Below are positions 8,863 to 18,924 of a stretch of 64,000 bases of DNA, in pieces. Position 1 is the first letter of the stretch. Every line of letters begins with the position of its first letter. Origin of the DNA: Candidatus Pacearchaeota archaeon (lineage in GTDB: Archaea > Nanobdellota > Nanobdellia > Pacearchaeales > GW2011-AR1); contig JBAZYP010000009.1 in NCBI GenBank assembly GCA_041659265.1, forward strand, positions 12,201-76,200. The letters are read 5' to 3'. The notes under the pieces were generated by a model. It made no database searches. It was not told the origin of the DNA and saw only the letters and a program-made list of their open reading frames with translations. The translations under genes and the position numbers were made by a program.

Positions 8863-8951
8863 AATTTAAAGGAATTCTAGTCTTTTTCAAATAGAATAAT
8901 GTTTATATATCATATTTAATATATAATATATATAAAAAAGTGAAAAAGGGG

Positions 8952-11312
8952 ATGAAAAAGAAAAATCTTTTGTCTTTAGTAGTATTTCTAGTTTTAAACA
9001 TATTAGTTATTACTTCTGTATCTGCAGTAGTTAATCCGCCAATTGTTGAATCTGTTTCTCCAAATGATGGAATGATTACAAAAAATCCTTTATTTATTTG
9101 CAATGTTACTAGTAATTCTGCTGCATTATCTTTAATTTCAATTAGTATCTGGGATAGTGAAGGACAATTAGTAAATCATTCAATTGTAAACTTTCTAACT
9201 CCAGTATTATCTAATGTTTCAACATGGGCATATAGTTTTAGCAGATCTGGAAATTATACTTGGAATTGTTATTCTGAAGATAGTTTAGGGAATGGAGCTT
9301 GGAGTATTCAAGGAAATAAGACTTTGATATATGACATAACTAATCCATCATTAAAAATTAATTCTCCTTTTAATAACCAGAAATTTGCAACTAAATCCCT
9401 TTCACTTGAATTTTCATCAACAGATTCTACAAAATTTAATCACTCGATTGCGGGTGTTTATAATTCCTTAAATAATATTGAAAATTCGAACATAAGTTAT
9501 TTATCTGGGGATCAAACAATTCCCTTTGATATAAATCAAGATGGAAATTATTCTTTAAGGGTTAATAGTTATGACTTCATTGGAAACTCTAATAGCAGTT
9601 TTGTTAATATTATTGTTGATACAACGAAACCGGAGATAACAAAAAAATCTCCTATCAATGGGAGCACTTATTATACAAATCAATCGATTATAATTTATTT
9701 TGATGCTATTGATTTAACTTCTGTAAAAAAGTGGTGGAGTGATGGCAGTTCTAATTATAGTTTAGATATAGCGAATAATATCAGTTATACTTCGGCTGGA
9801 AATTATAATATAATCATTTATGCAAATGATAGTCTTGGAAATCTAGCAAGTGAAACCGTTTCCTTTTTTGTTATTGACATGCCTCAAAATAAATATCTTG
9901 AAAAAGAAAGTTCAAGTTATGTTGTTTCTGGGAATATTGAAGAAATAGTTTATTCTTACCAAAGCCAATTGCAAAATGTTAATGTTCCTTCAACATTATC
10001 TAGCAAGAATATTCTTATTGATTTTTCACAAATTTTAAATAATGGTGAACTAACTCTTTCGCAGAATTCATTGACACTAACTAGGGAAGATAGTTCGTTA
10101 AATCATGTTTTGATTTTTAATTCTGGAACAAGAATAATTTCTAATATATTGAATTGGGATGGCAAATTAAATTTGCCTTTTATTAGTTCTGAATCGGTTA
10201 GTGTACCTAATTCTGGAAGTTTAGAAATTTTACTTAATATGGGTGCAAGTTCTGAATTAAATTTATCTATTCCTGCAAAAATAATTCTTGCTGGAAAGGC
10301 TGGAAAAAAAGCAGCATGGAAAAAAGGGAGCAGTTCATCTTTAACTGAGATTAGTGTTTTATGTGATAGTATTACTCTTCCTACAAATATTAATTCAAAT
10401 TACCCTAGAGAATGTTATACTAATATTGGAACTGATTTAGTCATATTTACTTATCATCTTTCAGATTTTGCTGCATTCAATCCTACTTCTGTTCCAGTTA
10501 ATCCTAGTTCAGATGAAGAGGAAGTAAGTTCAACATCTTCTCCAGCAGGATCTGCTGGGGGCAACATGGGTTTTGTTTTACATTATCCTAATTATACTGA
10601 AATAAGGGAAGGATTTTCAAGAAGTTTAAAAGCAGGTGATCGTTTTAGGGTAAATATTAGTGGAGAAAATCATTTTGTTATTGTAGATAAGGTTGATACT
10701 AATTTTGTTGTAGTTAATATGTCTCCGAAATTTCAACAAACAGTAATAACCCTTAATGAATTTAAAAAATTTGATATTAATTTGGATGAAACTTTGGATT
10801 TTTCATTAAAGTTGAATTCTGTAATTTCTAATCGGGCTGGTTTAACAATAAAACATTTAGACGAGAAAGTTAATATTCCAACAAAAGAAAAAGAAGATAG
10901 TAGTCAAAAGAATAGTGCTGGAGAATATGCAACAAATGTTCCTACTGCTAGAGTAATAGATTCATCTTCATTATCAAAAAGCACAGGAGCATATGGATTA
11001 AATAGTGAAATAACTAAGAAGAAAACTGGATTATCCTTCTTTTTGTGGGCATTTATTACAAGCATGCTTTTAGTTGCAGGTTTTGCAACAACTAGTCATT
11101 ATGTACAGGTTAGAAAAAAGAAGATTGCTAGTGGTGAATCAAAAAAGTTTTCTTTTTCTTGGTCTAATTTATTTAAACGAGATAAATCTATAACTCCAAT
11201 TAATAATCTTCCTAGAAAAAATTATTTTTCTTTTTATTTTCCTTTTTTTAAACATAAAGAAAAACAAGAATCTTTGAATAATTGGGAACTTGCAAATGTT
11301 GTAAAAAGTTAA
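8952..11312 (+). CDS. large surface protein with Ig-like repeats, C-terminal TM anchor
   Basis: Signal peptide MKKKNLLSLVVFLVLNILVITSVSA. Repeated modules begin DITNPSL / DTTKPEI. C-terminal TM GLSFFLWAFITSMLLVAGFA plus a basic tail. Many N-x-S/T sequons. Confidence 0.7.
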   Translation: MKKKNLLSLVVFLVLNILVITSVSAVVNPPIVESVSPNDGMITKNPLFICNVTSNSAALSLISISIWDSEGQLVNHSIVNFLTPVLSNVSTWAYSFSRSGNYTWNCYSEDSLGNGAWSIQGNKTLIYDITNPSLKINSPFNNQKFATKSLSLEFSSTDSTKFNHSIAGVYNSLNNIENSNISYLSGDQTIPFDINQDGNYSLRVNSYDFIGNSNSSFVNIIVDTTKPEITKKSPINGSTYYTNQSIIIYFDAIDLTSVKKWWSDGSSNYSLDIANNISYTSAGNYNIIIYANDSLGNLASETVSFFVIDMPQNKYLEKESSSYVVSGNIEEIVYSYQSQLQNVNVPSTLSSKNILIDFSQILNNGELTLSQNSLTLTREDSSLNHVLIFNSGTRIISNILNWDGKLNLPFISSESVSVPNSGSLEILLNMGASSELNLSIPAKIILAGKAGKKAAWKKGSSSSLTEISVLCDSITLPTNINSNYPRECYTNIGTDLVIFTYHLSDFAAFNPTSVPVNPSSDEEEVSSTSSPAGSAGGNMGFVLHYPNYTEIREGFSRSLKAGDRFRVNISGENHFVIVDKVDTNFVVVNMSPKFQQTVITLNEFKKFDINLDETLDFSLKLNSVISNRAGLTIKHLDEKVNIPTKEKEDSSQKNSAGEYATNVPTARVIDSSSLSKSTGAYGLNSEITKKKTGLSFFLWAFITSMLLVAGFATTSHYVQVRKKKIASGESKKFSFSWSNLFKRDKSITPINNLPRKNYFSFYFPFFKHKEKQESLNNWELANVVKS

Positions 11313-11496
11313 TATTTTTATTAATTTTATAATTCTAAAGAACAAATAGATTCATGTTAATCATTAATCAATTATAATAAATTCTATTGGGTCTTTATTT
11401 AAGAATATCAATAATCTTTCTAATAATAATCTATATATAGGGTTACTTATTAAAAAAATAAGGTAAAAAAAGAGTTATCAACTTAAGATATATAAG

Positions 11497-12717
11497 ATGA
11501 AAAATCCTGATTGGTTATTAGCTGATTTGCATATTCATTCAAAATATTCTAGAGCTTGCAGCAAGGATTTAGATATCCCTAATCTTGTTAAATGGGCGAA
11601 AGTTAAAGGGATTGATATTTTAGGCACAGGCGATTTTACGCATCCTAAATGGCTTGAAGAAATAAAAAAATTAAAGGAAGAAGAAGGAATTTATTATTAT
11701 AATTTAGATGAGGAAAATCGTTTTCCTTTTATTTTAAGTTCTGAAATTTCCCTTGTATATTCAAAAAATGGAAGGGGTAGAAGAATTCATTTATTATATT
11801 TTGCTCCTAACATAGAAGCTGTAAACAAAATTAATTCTTGGTTAGATAGCAAGGGGAGGAGAGATTATGATGGTAGACCTATCTTTAAGATAAGTTGCAG
11901 AGATTTTGTAGATGAGATGAATAAAATAGATGATAGAATAGAAGTAATTCCGGCTCATATTTGGACTCCTTGGTTTGGTGTTTTTGGTAGTAAAGGAGGT
12001 TTTGATAGTTTACTTGATGCATTTGAGGATAAACTTTCCCTTATACATGCAATTGAAACTGGAATTTCATCTGATCCTGAGATGAATTGGAAAATAAAAG
12101 ATTTAGATAATATCTCTATATTAAGTTTTTCAGATGCACATAGTTTTTGGCCCTGGAGACTTGGAAGAGAGGCAACTATTTTTAAAAAACCGATTGGCAA
12201 GTTAAGTTATCTTGAGATAATTAAACAAATTAGAGATAAAACTTTTATAGGCACTATAGAAACTGATCCTTCTTATGGAAAATATCATCTTGATGGTCAT
12301 ATTAAATGTGATTTTTCTTCAATTCCGGAAGTAACTAAGAAATTAAATGGAATTTGCCCTAAATGCAAAAAACCATTAACAATAGGAGTAGATTATAGAG
12401 TTAATGAACTTTCAAAACAAGGAAAATCAAAACTTAAAAATAAAAAAATTTATTATAAAATTTTACCTTTGCATGAAATTATCTCATTAGCATTAGGTAC
12501 TGGAATAAATAGCAAAGCTTGTTGGAAGATATATAATGATTTAATAATTAATTTTAATAATGAAATTGATATTTTATTGAATATTGAAAAAGATAAATTA
12601 AAAGAATTTTTAAAAAATGATTTTTTAGTTGAATTAATTTTAAGAAACCGGGAAGGAAAGATAAAAGTTAAACCTGGATATGATGGAATATATGGTGAAG
12701 CGTTAATTTCTATTTAA
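11497..12717 (+). CDS. PHP-domain nuclease, endonuclease Q (EndoQ)-like
   Basis: N-terminal PHP motifs ADLHIHSKYSRACS and GTGDFTHP, then AHIWTPWF, and a C-terminal Cys cluster CPKCKKPLTIGVDYRV. About 400 aa, as for Pyrococcus EndoQ. Confidence 0.6.
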   Translation: MKNPDWLLADLHIHSKYSRACSKDLDIPNLVKWAKVKGIDILGTGDFTHPKWLEEIKKLKEEEGIYYYNLDEENRFPFILSSEISLVYSKNGRGRRIHLLYFAPNIEAVNKINSWLDSKGRRDYDGRPIFKISCRDFVDEMNKIDDRIEVIPAHIWTPWFGVFGSKGGFDSLLDAFEDKLSLIHAIETGISSDPEMNWKIKDLDNISILSFSDAHSFWPWRLGREATIFKKPIGKLSYLEIIKQIRDKTFIGTIETDPSYGKYHLDGHIKCDFSSIPEVTKKLNGICPKCKKPLTIGVDYRVNELSKQGKSKLKNKKIYYKILPLHEIISLALGTGINSKACWKIYNDLIINFNNEIDILLNIEKDKLKEFLKNDFLVELILRNREGKIKVKPGYDGIYGEALISI

Positions 12718-12737
12718 GAAAAATAAAAGATTTTATT

Positions 12738-13466
12738 TTAGGCTTTTTCAATTAAAAAATCACAATGTTCTTTTTTAGCTAATTTTTCGACCTTTTCCAT
12801 TGTCTGATTCATTTCATTATTTAATCTTTTAAAGTCTTTTCCTTCTATTCGTATGGAATATTTTCCTGCAGCTAGATAAGTGATGCTGCATAAGGAACCA
12901 TTGCAAGACTCCTGCAGGATATTTTTTACAGTAGTCATTCCAGATGATGATTTGTTTGATAATTTAAAAATTTGCCTTATTTCTTTTGGTTTTTCTTTTT
13001 TAGTTTCAAATATTTTTAATATTTTTTCTGATTGTTCTTGATTGAAATAAACATCTAATTTCTTTGGATTTTCAATAGATTCTTCAAAAAAATCCAGAAG
13101 TGCTTCATTTTCTGATATTTTTTCTATTATTTTTTCTGATTCTTCTTTTCCTAGAATTGTTCTTAAAATAGCTTTGTAACTTTTTTCTTTTTCTACTTTT
13201 TCAAGAAGTTCTTTTCTTTCATTTGGTTTAACTCTTCTTAATGAAAGTTGAATTTTATTATCTTTGATACTAAGAATTTTACATACTATTTTTTTATTTG
13301 GAATAACATATTCTCTTAAATTTCTTATTCTACCTGGAGCTATTTCTGAAGTTGTTATTGTTCCATCATCATTATAGTCATCAAGTCTAACAAATACGGT
13401 TGTACCTAGAATCTTATCTACTGTACAAAGTACTAATTGGCCTTCTTCAAGTTGTTCATTTACCAT
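12738..13466 (-). CDS. translation initiation factor aIF2 alpha subunit
   Basis: N-terminal S1 domain (GQLVLCTVDKILGTTVFVRLDD...TSEIAPGRIRNLREYV...IQLSLRRV) and a typical size. Immediately downstream of rps27e, the conserved archaeal order. Confidence 0.7.
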   Translation of the reverse strand: MVNEQLEEGQLVLCTVDKILGTTVFVRLDDYNDDGTITTSEIAPGRIRNLREYVIPNKKIVCKILSIKDNKIQLSLRRVKPNERKELLEKVEKEKSYKAILRTILGKEESEKIIEKISENEALLDFFEESIENPKKLDVYFNQEQSEKILKIFETKKEKPKEIRQIFKLSNKSSSGMTTVKNILQESCNGSLCSITYLAAGKYSIRIEGKDFKRLNNEMNQTMEKVEKLAKKEHCDFLIEKA

Positions 13467-13506
13467 AAAGAGAATAGAGAATATAAGCGGTTATAAAGTT
13501 TTTGTA

Positions 13507-13677
13507 TTAATTCAGAACTTCAACTACACGAGCTTTAATTTCTGCTTTTCCGCCTTTTGGTTCTGCAATTATAGCATCACAAATAAGGCATTTAACCTTT
13601 GTTGTTGCTCCTTCGAATATTATTTGTTCGTTCTTACAGGATTGGCATCTTACTTTGATAAATTTATATCTTCCCAT
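13507..13677 (-). CDS. rps27e: ribosomal protein S27e (56 aa), not in ORF track
   Basis: Translation MGRYKFIKVRCQSCKNEQIIFEGATTKVKCLICDAIIAEPKGGKAEIKARVVEVLN, with a C4 zinc ribbon (CQSC...CLIC). Confidence 0.9.
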   Translation of the reverse strand: MGRYKFIKVRCQSCKNEQIIFEGATTKVKCLICDAIIAEPKGGKAEIKARVVEVLN

Positions 13678-13791
13678 GAGAAGTTATGTTTTAGAGGGTT
13701 TAAAAAGATTTTGTTTAGGTATTTTTAGGATAATTACAAAAAATTCCTAAAAATAGTCTATTTTATAAAACTTAGATTCATTAAATAGTCT

Positions 13792-14655
13792 ATGAAAAAA
13801 GATGTGAATGTAAGAGCTCAAATGAGTTTATTTATTATTATTGGAATAATTCTTTTTATTTTAATCGGTTTAATTTATGGATATTATGGATATAAATTAA
13901 AAAAAGATGCTGAATTAAATAAGGAATATTTTAATAATGAAGAGATAAAATTAGAGGTAGAAAATATTTATTCAAATATTCTTTTATGCATAGATATTTC
14001 TGGAAGAGAAAGTTTAAGGATGTTGGGTTTACAAGGAGGATATATTAAAAAACCCATTAGAGCAATCGAATATGATGGCTTTTTTATTCCTTATCATTAT
14101 TATGAAGGAGAATCTTATCCTCTTGGAATTGAGGAAGTTAAACCTGAATTAGAGCTATTTATGAATCAAGAAGTGGAACGTTGTTTTAATACGTTAAATT
14201 TTTCTAATTATGAACTTAAACATGATTTACCAAAAACCCAAGTAGCAATAAATAATGATGAAATTGTTTTTAATGTTGATAGTAAATTTACAATAAAACG
14301 TGATGGAAGATTTATATCATTTAATACAAATGAATATCCTATTCAACAAAAATCTGCATTAAAAGGTATATTAGAAATAGATCAATATATATTAGATTCT
14401 CATAAATTAGATCCTAAAAAATATTGCATTAGCTGTATTGATAAGATGGCTAAAGAAAAGGATATTTATGTAAAATATTCTGTATTTTCAAATAATACAG
14501 TTTTATTTATTATTGGGGAAAATAGGACTGGAACAGAACCTTATTTATTCAATTTTTTTAATAAATATACTGGAAAGGAAACAAGTGATGATTTTAAATT
14601 AACCGGAGATAGTGCTGAAAAAATTCCGGTTTATCAGGGGGGAATAAAATCATGA
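13792..14655 (+). CDS. N-terminally anchored extracellular protein, unknown function
   Basis: N-terminus MKKDVNVRAQMSLFIIIGIILFILIGLIYG is a signal anchor, possibly prepilin-like (RA-Q). ATGA overlap with the next gene. Confidence 0.55.
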   Translation: MKKDVNVRAQMSLFIIIGIILFILIGLIYGYYGYKLKKDAELNKEYFNNEEIKLEVENIYSNILLCIDISGRESLRMLGLQGGYIKKPIRAIEYDGFFIPYHYYEGESYPLGIEEVKPELELFMNQEVERCFNTLNFSNYELKHDLPKTQVAINNDEIVFNVDSKFTIKRDGRFISFNTNEYPIQQKSALKGILEIDQYILDSHKLDPKKYCISCIDKMAKEKDIYVKYSVFSNNTVLFIIGENRTGTEPYLFNFFNKYTGKETSDDFKLTGDSAEKIPVYQGGIKS

Positions 14656-16409
14656 AACTCTCTAGAAATAAAAATTTAATTATTTGTAATTTATTTATTT
14701 TATTTTTAATATTAATATTTCAAATCTCTGCTGCAGATATAACTCCTGAAATAAAAACCGATTTAGAAAATTTTAGAAGTCAACTTGAAATTGGAAATTT
14801 TAAAGATTTATTTACTAAACTAGATAAGACTGATCCTCAGCATCTTTCTGTAATTTTTAGTGGTATGGATAATAAGAATTTAGTACATGTTTGGAATAAT
14901 ATGGAAGTAAAACAATCAAATGGGAATTTGGATATTGAAAAAACTAATAAGTATAGACAAATGCTTTTAGATGGTTTAAAGGATAAAAAAGAAGATATTA
15001 ATTTATTTATTTCAGAACTTATTAAAAAAAATTCTAATATTATAGATTTTGAATTTAGTGGAGTTGAAAATTCTGCAGGAGTTAATATTAATGGAGATTT
15101 TATTGATTTTAAAGATTCAAATGGAAATATTCATAAACTGTCTTTAAAGGATCTGACTGGATTTAAAAAAATTTATTTTTCTGACATGAAAGAGGGTGGA
15201 AATGGATATGCAATGCATTATGTTTATTCAATGGGAAGAAAAAGCGGGGCAGTTTTATCAAGAGGTTATCTTAAGGGAAATGAAAAAAATGGATTTGATA
15301 TATTAGAAAATGAAGGATCAATAATAAAAAATGTTGGTCATATTAGTTTTGGAGATAACCCTCAAGAGGCAATTTATTTTCGTGGAATTCCTAAGGAAGT
15401 GGATGGAGAAAAATTTAGTTTAGGAGATTATATATTTAATAAACCTGGAAGAGATGGAGATATTAATTTTAAAGACTCATTAGGAAATCTTGAATCTAGT
15501 AAACGGGATTTGTTAAATGGACAAGGAGATAGAGTTGGTTTTCAGAATGAAGAAGGATTGAGGGGAGTAAAAAAAATAGATACAAATGGAGATAATATTC
15601 CTGATAAAATAATTGATATAACTCATCAAAATGGGGTTGGAGTAAAATATGGGGATAAAGTAATTGGAGCTAATTCTAAAAATGTTCTTGAGATTAAAGA
15701 TAGGGGAGAAGATATTGAAGCTGGTTTTTCAAAAAATATAATTAATGCAGAAATAACTAATCAAAATGGCAAGGTTTTTTATAAGGATGAATCTGGAAAT
15801 GAAGTAAATGCTGGAAAAGGGTATTCTTTAAAAATTGTTAATGGAAAAACAAATACTGGAGTTTTTGTTGATAGACAAGATAGTGGTGCTGGAACAGAGG
15901 GAGGCAGAGTTGATGGCTCAGGAGAAACTACAATTACACATACACAAGAGCTGGTTAATCAAGAAATTCAAGATGAAAAAGATAGATTAACATCTGAAAA
16001 TAATAATCAAAATAATCAAAATATTGATCCGTCTGCTTTAGCTGTTCATAATTATCTTAATAAGTATAGGGGCAAAGAACTAGTTTGGGATGAAAAAATT
16101 GCTGAAGTAGCAAGAAAATATAGTGTGCATTTGTCTACAGGGGTTCCTTTTAATCATGATCAGGCAGGAGGATTTAACTCAAGACTTTCTCAAATTGGTG
16201 GAAATGGGGGAGAAAATATTGCATATTTTTCAACTTCTGAAGAATTAAACCCTGAAGAAATTGGAAGAAGACTTAGTGTACAGTGGATAAATAGTAGAGG
16301 GCATAGGAATAATATATTAGGCAATTGGAAAAGAACAGGAGTTGGAATATATTCTTTTCAAAGAGGCGGGATGTATTATCATTATGGAACTCAAATCTTT
16401 GCAAATTAA
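14652..16409 (+). CDS. secreted protein with C-terminal CAP/SCP/PR-1-like domain
   Basis: Sec signal ending QISA-AD. The last ~130 aa (VHNYLNKYRG...IAEVARKYS...GENIAY...QWINSRGHRNNIL...TGVGIY) match the CAP (YkwD-type) pattern. Confidence 0.65.
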   Translation: MKLSRNKNLIICNLFILFLILIFQISAADITPEIKTDLENFRSQLEIGNFKDLFTKLDKTDPQHLSVIFSGMDNKNLVHVWNNMEVKQSNGNLDIEKTNKYRQMLLDGLKDKKEDINLFISELIKKNSNIIDFEFSGVENSAGVNINGDFIDFKDSNGNIHKLSLKDLTGFKKIYFSDMKEGGNGYAMHYVYSMGRKSGAVLSRGYLKGNEKNGFDILENEGSIIKNVGHISFGDNPQEAIYFRGIPKEVDGEKFSLGDYIFNKPGRDGDINFKDSLGNLESSKRDLLNGQGDRVGFQNEEGLRGVKKIDTNGDNIPDKIIDITHQNGVGVKYGDKVIGANSKNVLEIKDRGEDIEAGFSKNIINAEITNQNGKVFYKDESGNEVNAGKGYSLKIVNGKTNTGVFVDRQDSGAGTEGGRVDGSGETTITHTQELVNQEIQDEKDRLTSENNNQNNQNIDPSALAVHNYLNKYRGKELVWDEKIAEVARKYSVHLSTGVPFNHDQAGGFNSRLSQIGGNGGENIAYFSTSEELNPEEIGRRLSVQWINSRGHRNNILGNWKRTGVGIYSFQRGGMYYHYGTQIFAN

Positions 16410-16423
16410 AAAGAATAAAAAAA

Positions 16424-17752
16424 TCAAACTTTAATTAGTTCGTATTCTAATTTTTTCTTAACTAACTCAATAAATTTTTCTTCTTGATCTTTTTTAATCG
16501 TGCAACCTGCTGATTGTTTATGGCCTCCAAATTCTGCACCAAGGTCTTCTGCAATTGATTCTAAAAAATCTTTAAGATTTCTTCTTGATTTGTTATCTCT
16601 ACCTGCAATTCTAGTTGAAACTTTTATTTTATCTTCATTATATGCCATTGCAATAATTATTGTACCTTCTTTATAGATAGGTGAAAATGAAAGAATGCTT
16701 GCTATTGTTCCTATTATTGTATCTTTAATATTATCTTTTGCATTAATAATAATATATTCTCTTCCTTGAATTTTTTCATTATTTTCTATATATTTAAGAC
16801 CTGAAATAATATGTTGACGATATTTGAAATATATTCTTTCAGCTTTTTTTCTATATTCTGAATTTCCTAAACATAACATTAATGCAATTTCAGGCTTTCC
16901 CATTCTAGAACATGCATTTATTATTGCTGAAAGTTCTCTAGCATCTTCTAATTTATTATAGAATTTTACCAGATATAAGTTTCCAATAAATCTTGAACTT
17001 TCTTTAGCAGATAGTCTTAAAGCTACTGCTGTAACAAGTCTTTTCATTTCTTCTTCTTCTAATTCAATTAATGATCTAAATCCTTTTTCTCCTTTTTCAA
17101 TACCTGCTTCTTTAAGCAGTTCATAGGTTCCTTTTGCATCTCCTGTAACTCCTGGTATAAATGGTCTTGAACAGAATTCTAATGCCTTATCTAGGGGTCT
17201 AGTTGAAGGATAGATTAGTAAACCCTTTCTTATTTTAACTTCAGACTCTTTGATTAATTTACTTCTTGTTTTTGAAATTTCTTTTTCTAAATTATCTCCT
17301 ATCATTCCAATTATTGATAATTGAGACAAATCTTTATTGTCTTGTGAAAATTCTCTAGAAATTAGAAAAGATAATTCAGAAATGCATAATTCTTCAAATT
17401 CCTTAAAAAGATGAGGATTTAAAATATGCAGATTTTTGGATTCAAAAGGAATTAATTCATGATTATCTATAATAAATATTTCTTGGTTTAATGATGAAAT
17501 GTCTTCTAGATTGTTTGAACCCATTCCTAAAAGGATAATTAATTGCTCTTTTGGAAATGAATCTATTTCTTGCTTATTAAGTTGTTTTAAAATTTTAATT
17601 GAAAATTTTTTATTTAATCTTTCAAGGGTTTTAGAAAAAATTGCAGCAGAAATTATTCCATCTGTATCAAAATTACTTATTATGCAGATGTTTTTTTTAT
17701 TTGAAGCTTCTATAAATTCTTTAGAAAATCCTTTTATAGCTTCTTCTATCAT
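16424..17752 (-). CDS. RecJ-like DHH/DHHA1 family protein (GAN/Cdc45-like)
   Basis: Motif I SNFDTDGIISA, IIDNHE in place of DHH, IGMIGDN, and DHHA1 motif GGHKQSAG. Lies next to rps15. Confidence 0.65.
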   Translation of the reverse strand: MIEEAIKGFSKEFIEASNKKNICIISNFDTDGIISAAIFSKTLERLNKKFSIKILKQLNKQEIDSFPKEQLIILLGMGSNNLEDISSLNQEIFIIDNHELIPFESKNLHILNPHLFKEFEELCISELSFLISREFSQDNKDLSQLSIIGMIGDNLEKEISKTRSKLIKESEVKIRKGLLIYPSTRPLDKALEFCSRPFIPGVTGDAKGTYELLKEAGIEKGEKGFRSLIELEEEEMKRLVTAVALRLSAKESSRFIGNLYLVKFYNKLEDARELSAIINACSRMGKPEIALMLCLGNSEYRKKAERIYFKYRQHIISGLKYIENNEKIQGREYIIINAKDNIKDTIIGTIASILSFSPIYKEGTIIIAMAYNEDKIKVSTRIAGRDNKSRRNLKDFLESIAEDLGAEFGGHKQSAGCTIKKDQEEKFIELVKKKLEYELIKV

Positions 17753-17781
17753 TTTACCTCTTTTTATAACTAAAAGTAACT

Positions 17782-18150
17782 TTATTTATTAGAATTTTTT
17801 CTTGAATCGTAGTATTCTCTTTTTTTAAGTTGCGCTTTAGTGATTATTAAAGAACGTTCAGCTTTTTTGTCACCTTTATTTCTACTATAGTGTTTTATTA
17901 TTTTATCTAAATGTGTCTTAAGATTCTTAGTTGTTGGTTCTTCAAATTTACCTTTTTCTTCTAAGATCTTTTTTATTTTAATATTATATAGTTTTACTTT
18001 TGGAATACCGTATTGATCCCTTAATACCAAGCCTATTTTTTCAGAAGTTAAACCTTTATTGGCTAGTTTTACTATAATTGCTTCTACTTCTTCTTTAGTA
18101 TATTTTAACCATACTGGTTTTTCAGTTGTTATTTTTTTTGCTTTAGGCAT
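17782..18150 (-). CDS. rps15: ribosomal protein S15 (uS15; eukaryotic S13 type)
   Basis: GLTSEKIGLVLRDQYGIPKVK and a C-terminal helical S15 region (HLDKIIKHYSRNKGDKKAERSL). Confidence 0.8.
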   Translation of the reverse strand: MPKAKKITTEKPVWLKYTKEEVEAIIVKLANKGLTSEKIGLVLRDQYGIPKVKLYNIKIKKILEEKGKFEEPTTKNLKTHLDKIIKHYSRNKGDKKAERSLIITKAQLKKREYYDSRKNSNK

Positions 18151-18403
18151 GATATTTTTATTCTATAGTGCTTTTTAAAGTTTGTGATTATTGGAAATCT
18201 ATCAACGGAAGGGTAAAAATGCCTTATTTTAATTATAATTCAAATTTCCTTGACAAATTTGATTATTAATAGCCCCATCTGTGAACGTATTTGCACTTTG
18301 TTGATTAAAGCATATTTCTTAAAGGGCAAATACTCGTCGAACCTAACAGGTTCAATTCCTGAAGAATAAAATAAACCCAAAATTATTAAATTTTGGTTTA
18401 TAA

Positions 18404-18476
18404 TAGCCCCACCAGGATTCGAACCTGGGTCCCAGGCTCCAAAGGCCCGTATCCTTGACCACTGGACGATGGGGCT
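18404..18476 (-). tRNA. tRNA-Gln (anticodon UUG)
   Basis: 73-nt cloverleaf: acceptor AGCCCCA/TGGGGCT, D-arm GTCC-AGTGGTCAA-GGAT, anticodon arm CGGGC-CTTTGGA-GCCTG, T-arm CCAGG-TTCGAAT-CCTGG. GC-rich island, no encoded CCA. Confidence 0.9.
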
Positions 18477-18653
18477 ATTTTTAGGTCAGAGAATAGAGTT
18501 TTATATGGTTTATAAGCTTTATTTTTTACAGAGAATTAGTTAAATCCTTTGGGATTTGACTAATTAAAGTTCGTTATTAATTGATATGATCTATAGAATC
18601 AATCAAGATCTTGCAAAGGCAAAGTATAAAAATTAAAGTGATTTAAATATAAT

Positions 18654-18884
18654 ATGGTAAAAAAAGGGATTGAGTGTAAAACTATTGTAAAAGGATATTG
18701 GATGAGTGTAATAGGGGTTTTAACAGTATCTTGTTTTATATTTTCATTATTGTTGTTATCACCAGGGTTTACTGGTTATGTTGTATCTGATTTGGAAAAT
18801 AGTAATTATTTTTATTCAGGATTAGTTTTATTTATATTAGGGATACTTGGTTCAGTTACATATGTTAGATTAAGAAATATCTGA
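18654..18884 (+). CDS. small two-TM membrane protein with FTGYVV motif
   Basis: 76 aa arranged as TM, SPGFTGYVVSDLEN, then TM. The start may be the internal Met (MSVIGVL). Confidence 0.45.
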   Translation: MVKKGIECKTIVKGYWMSVIGVLTVSCFIFSLLLLSPGFTGYVVSDLENSNYFYSGLVLFILGILGSVTYVRLRNI

Positions 18885-18924
18885 AAGTTAGAAATATTTA
18901 AAAGTTAATAATCTTAAAAAATTT

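Noticed and set aside
18271-18370. Possible intron-containing tRNA on the plus strand (5' AGCCCCATC... plus T-arm-like CAGG-TTCAATT-CCTG at 18347-18361)
   Set aside because: No 3' acceptor strand complementary to AGCCCCA follows the T-arm. The D and anticodon stems do not pair. I treat it as a tRNA-Gln-derived remnant instead.
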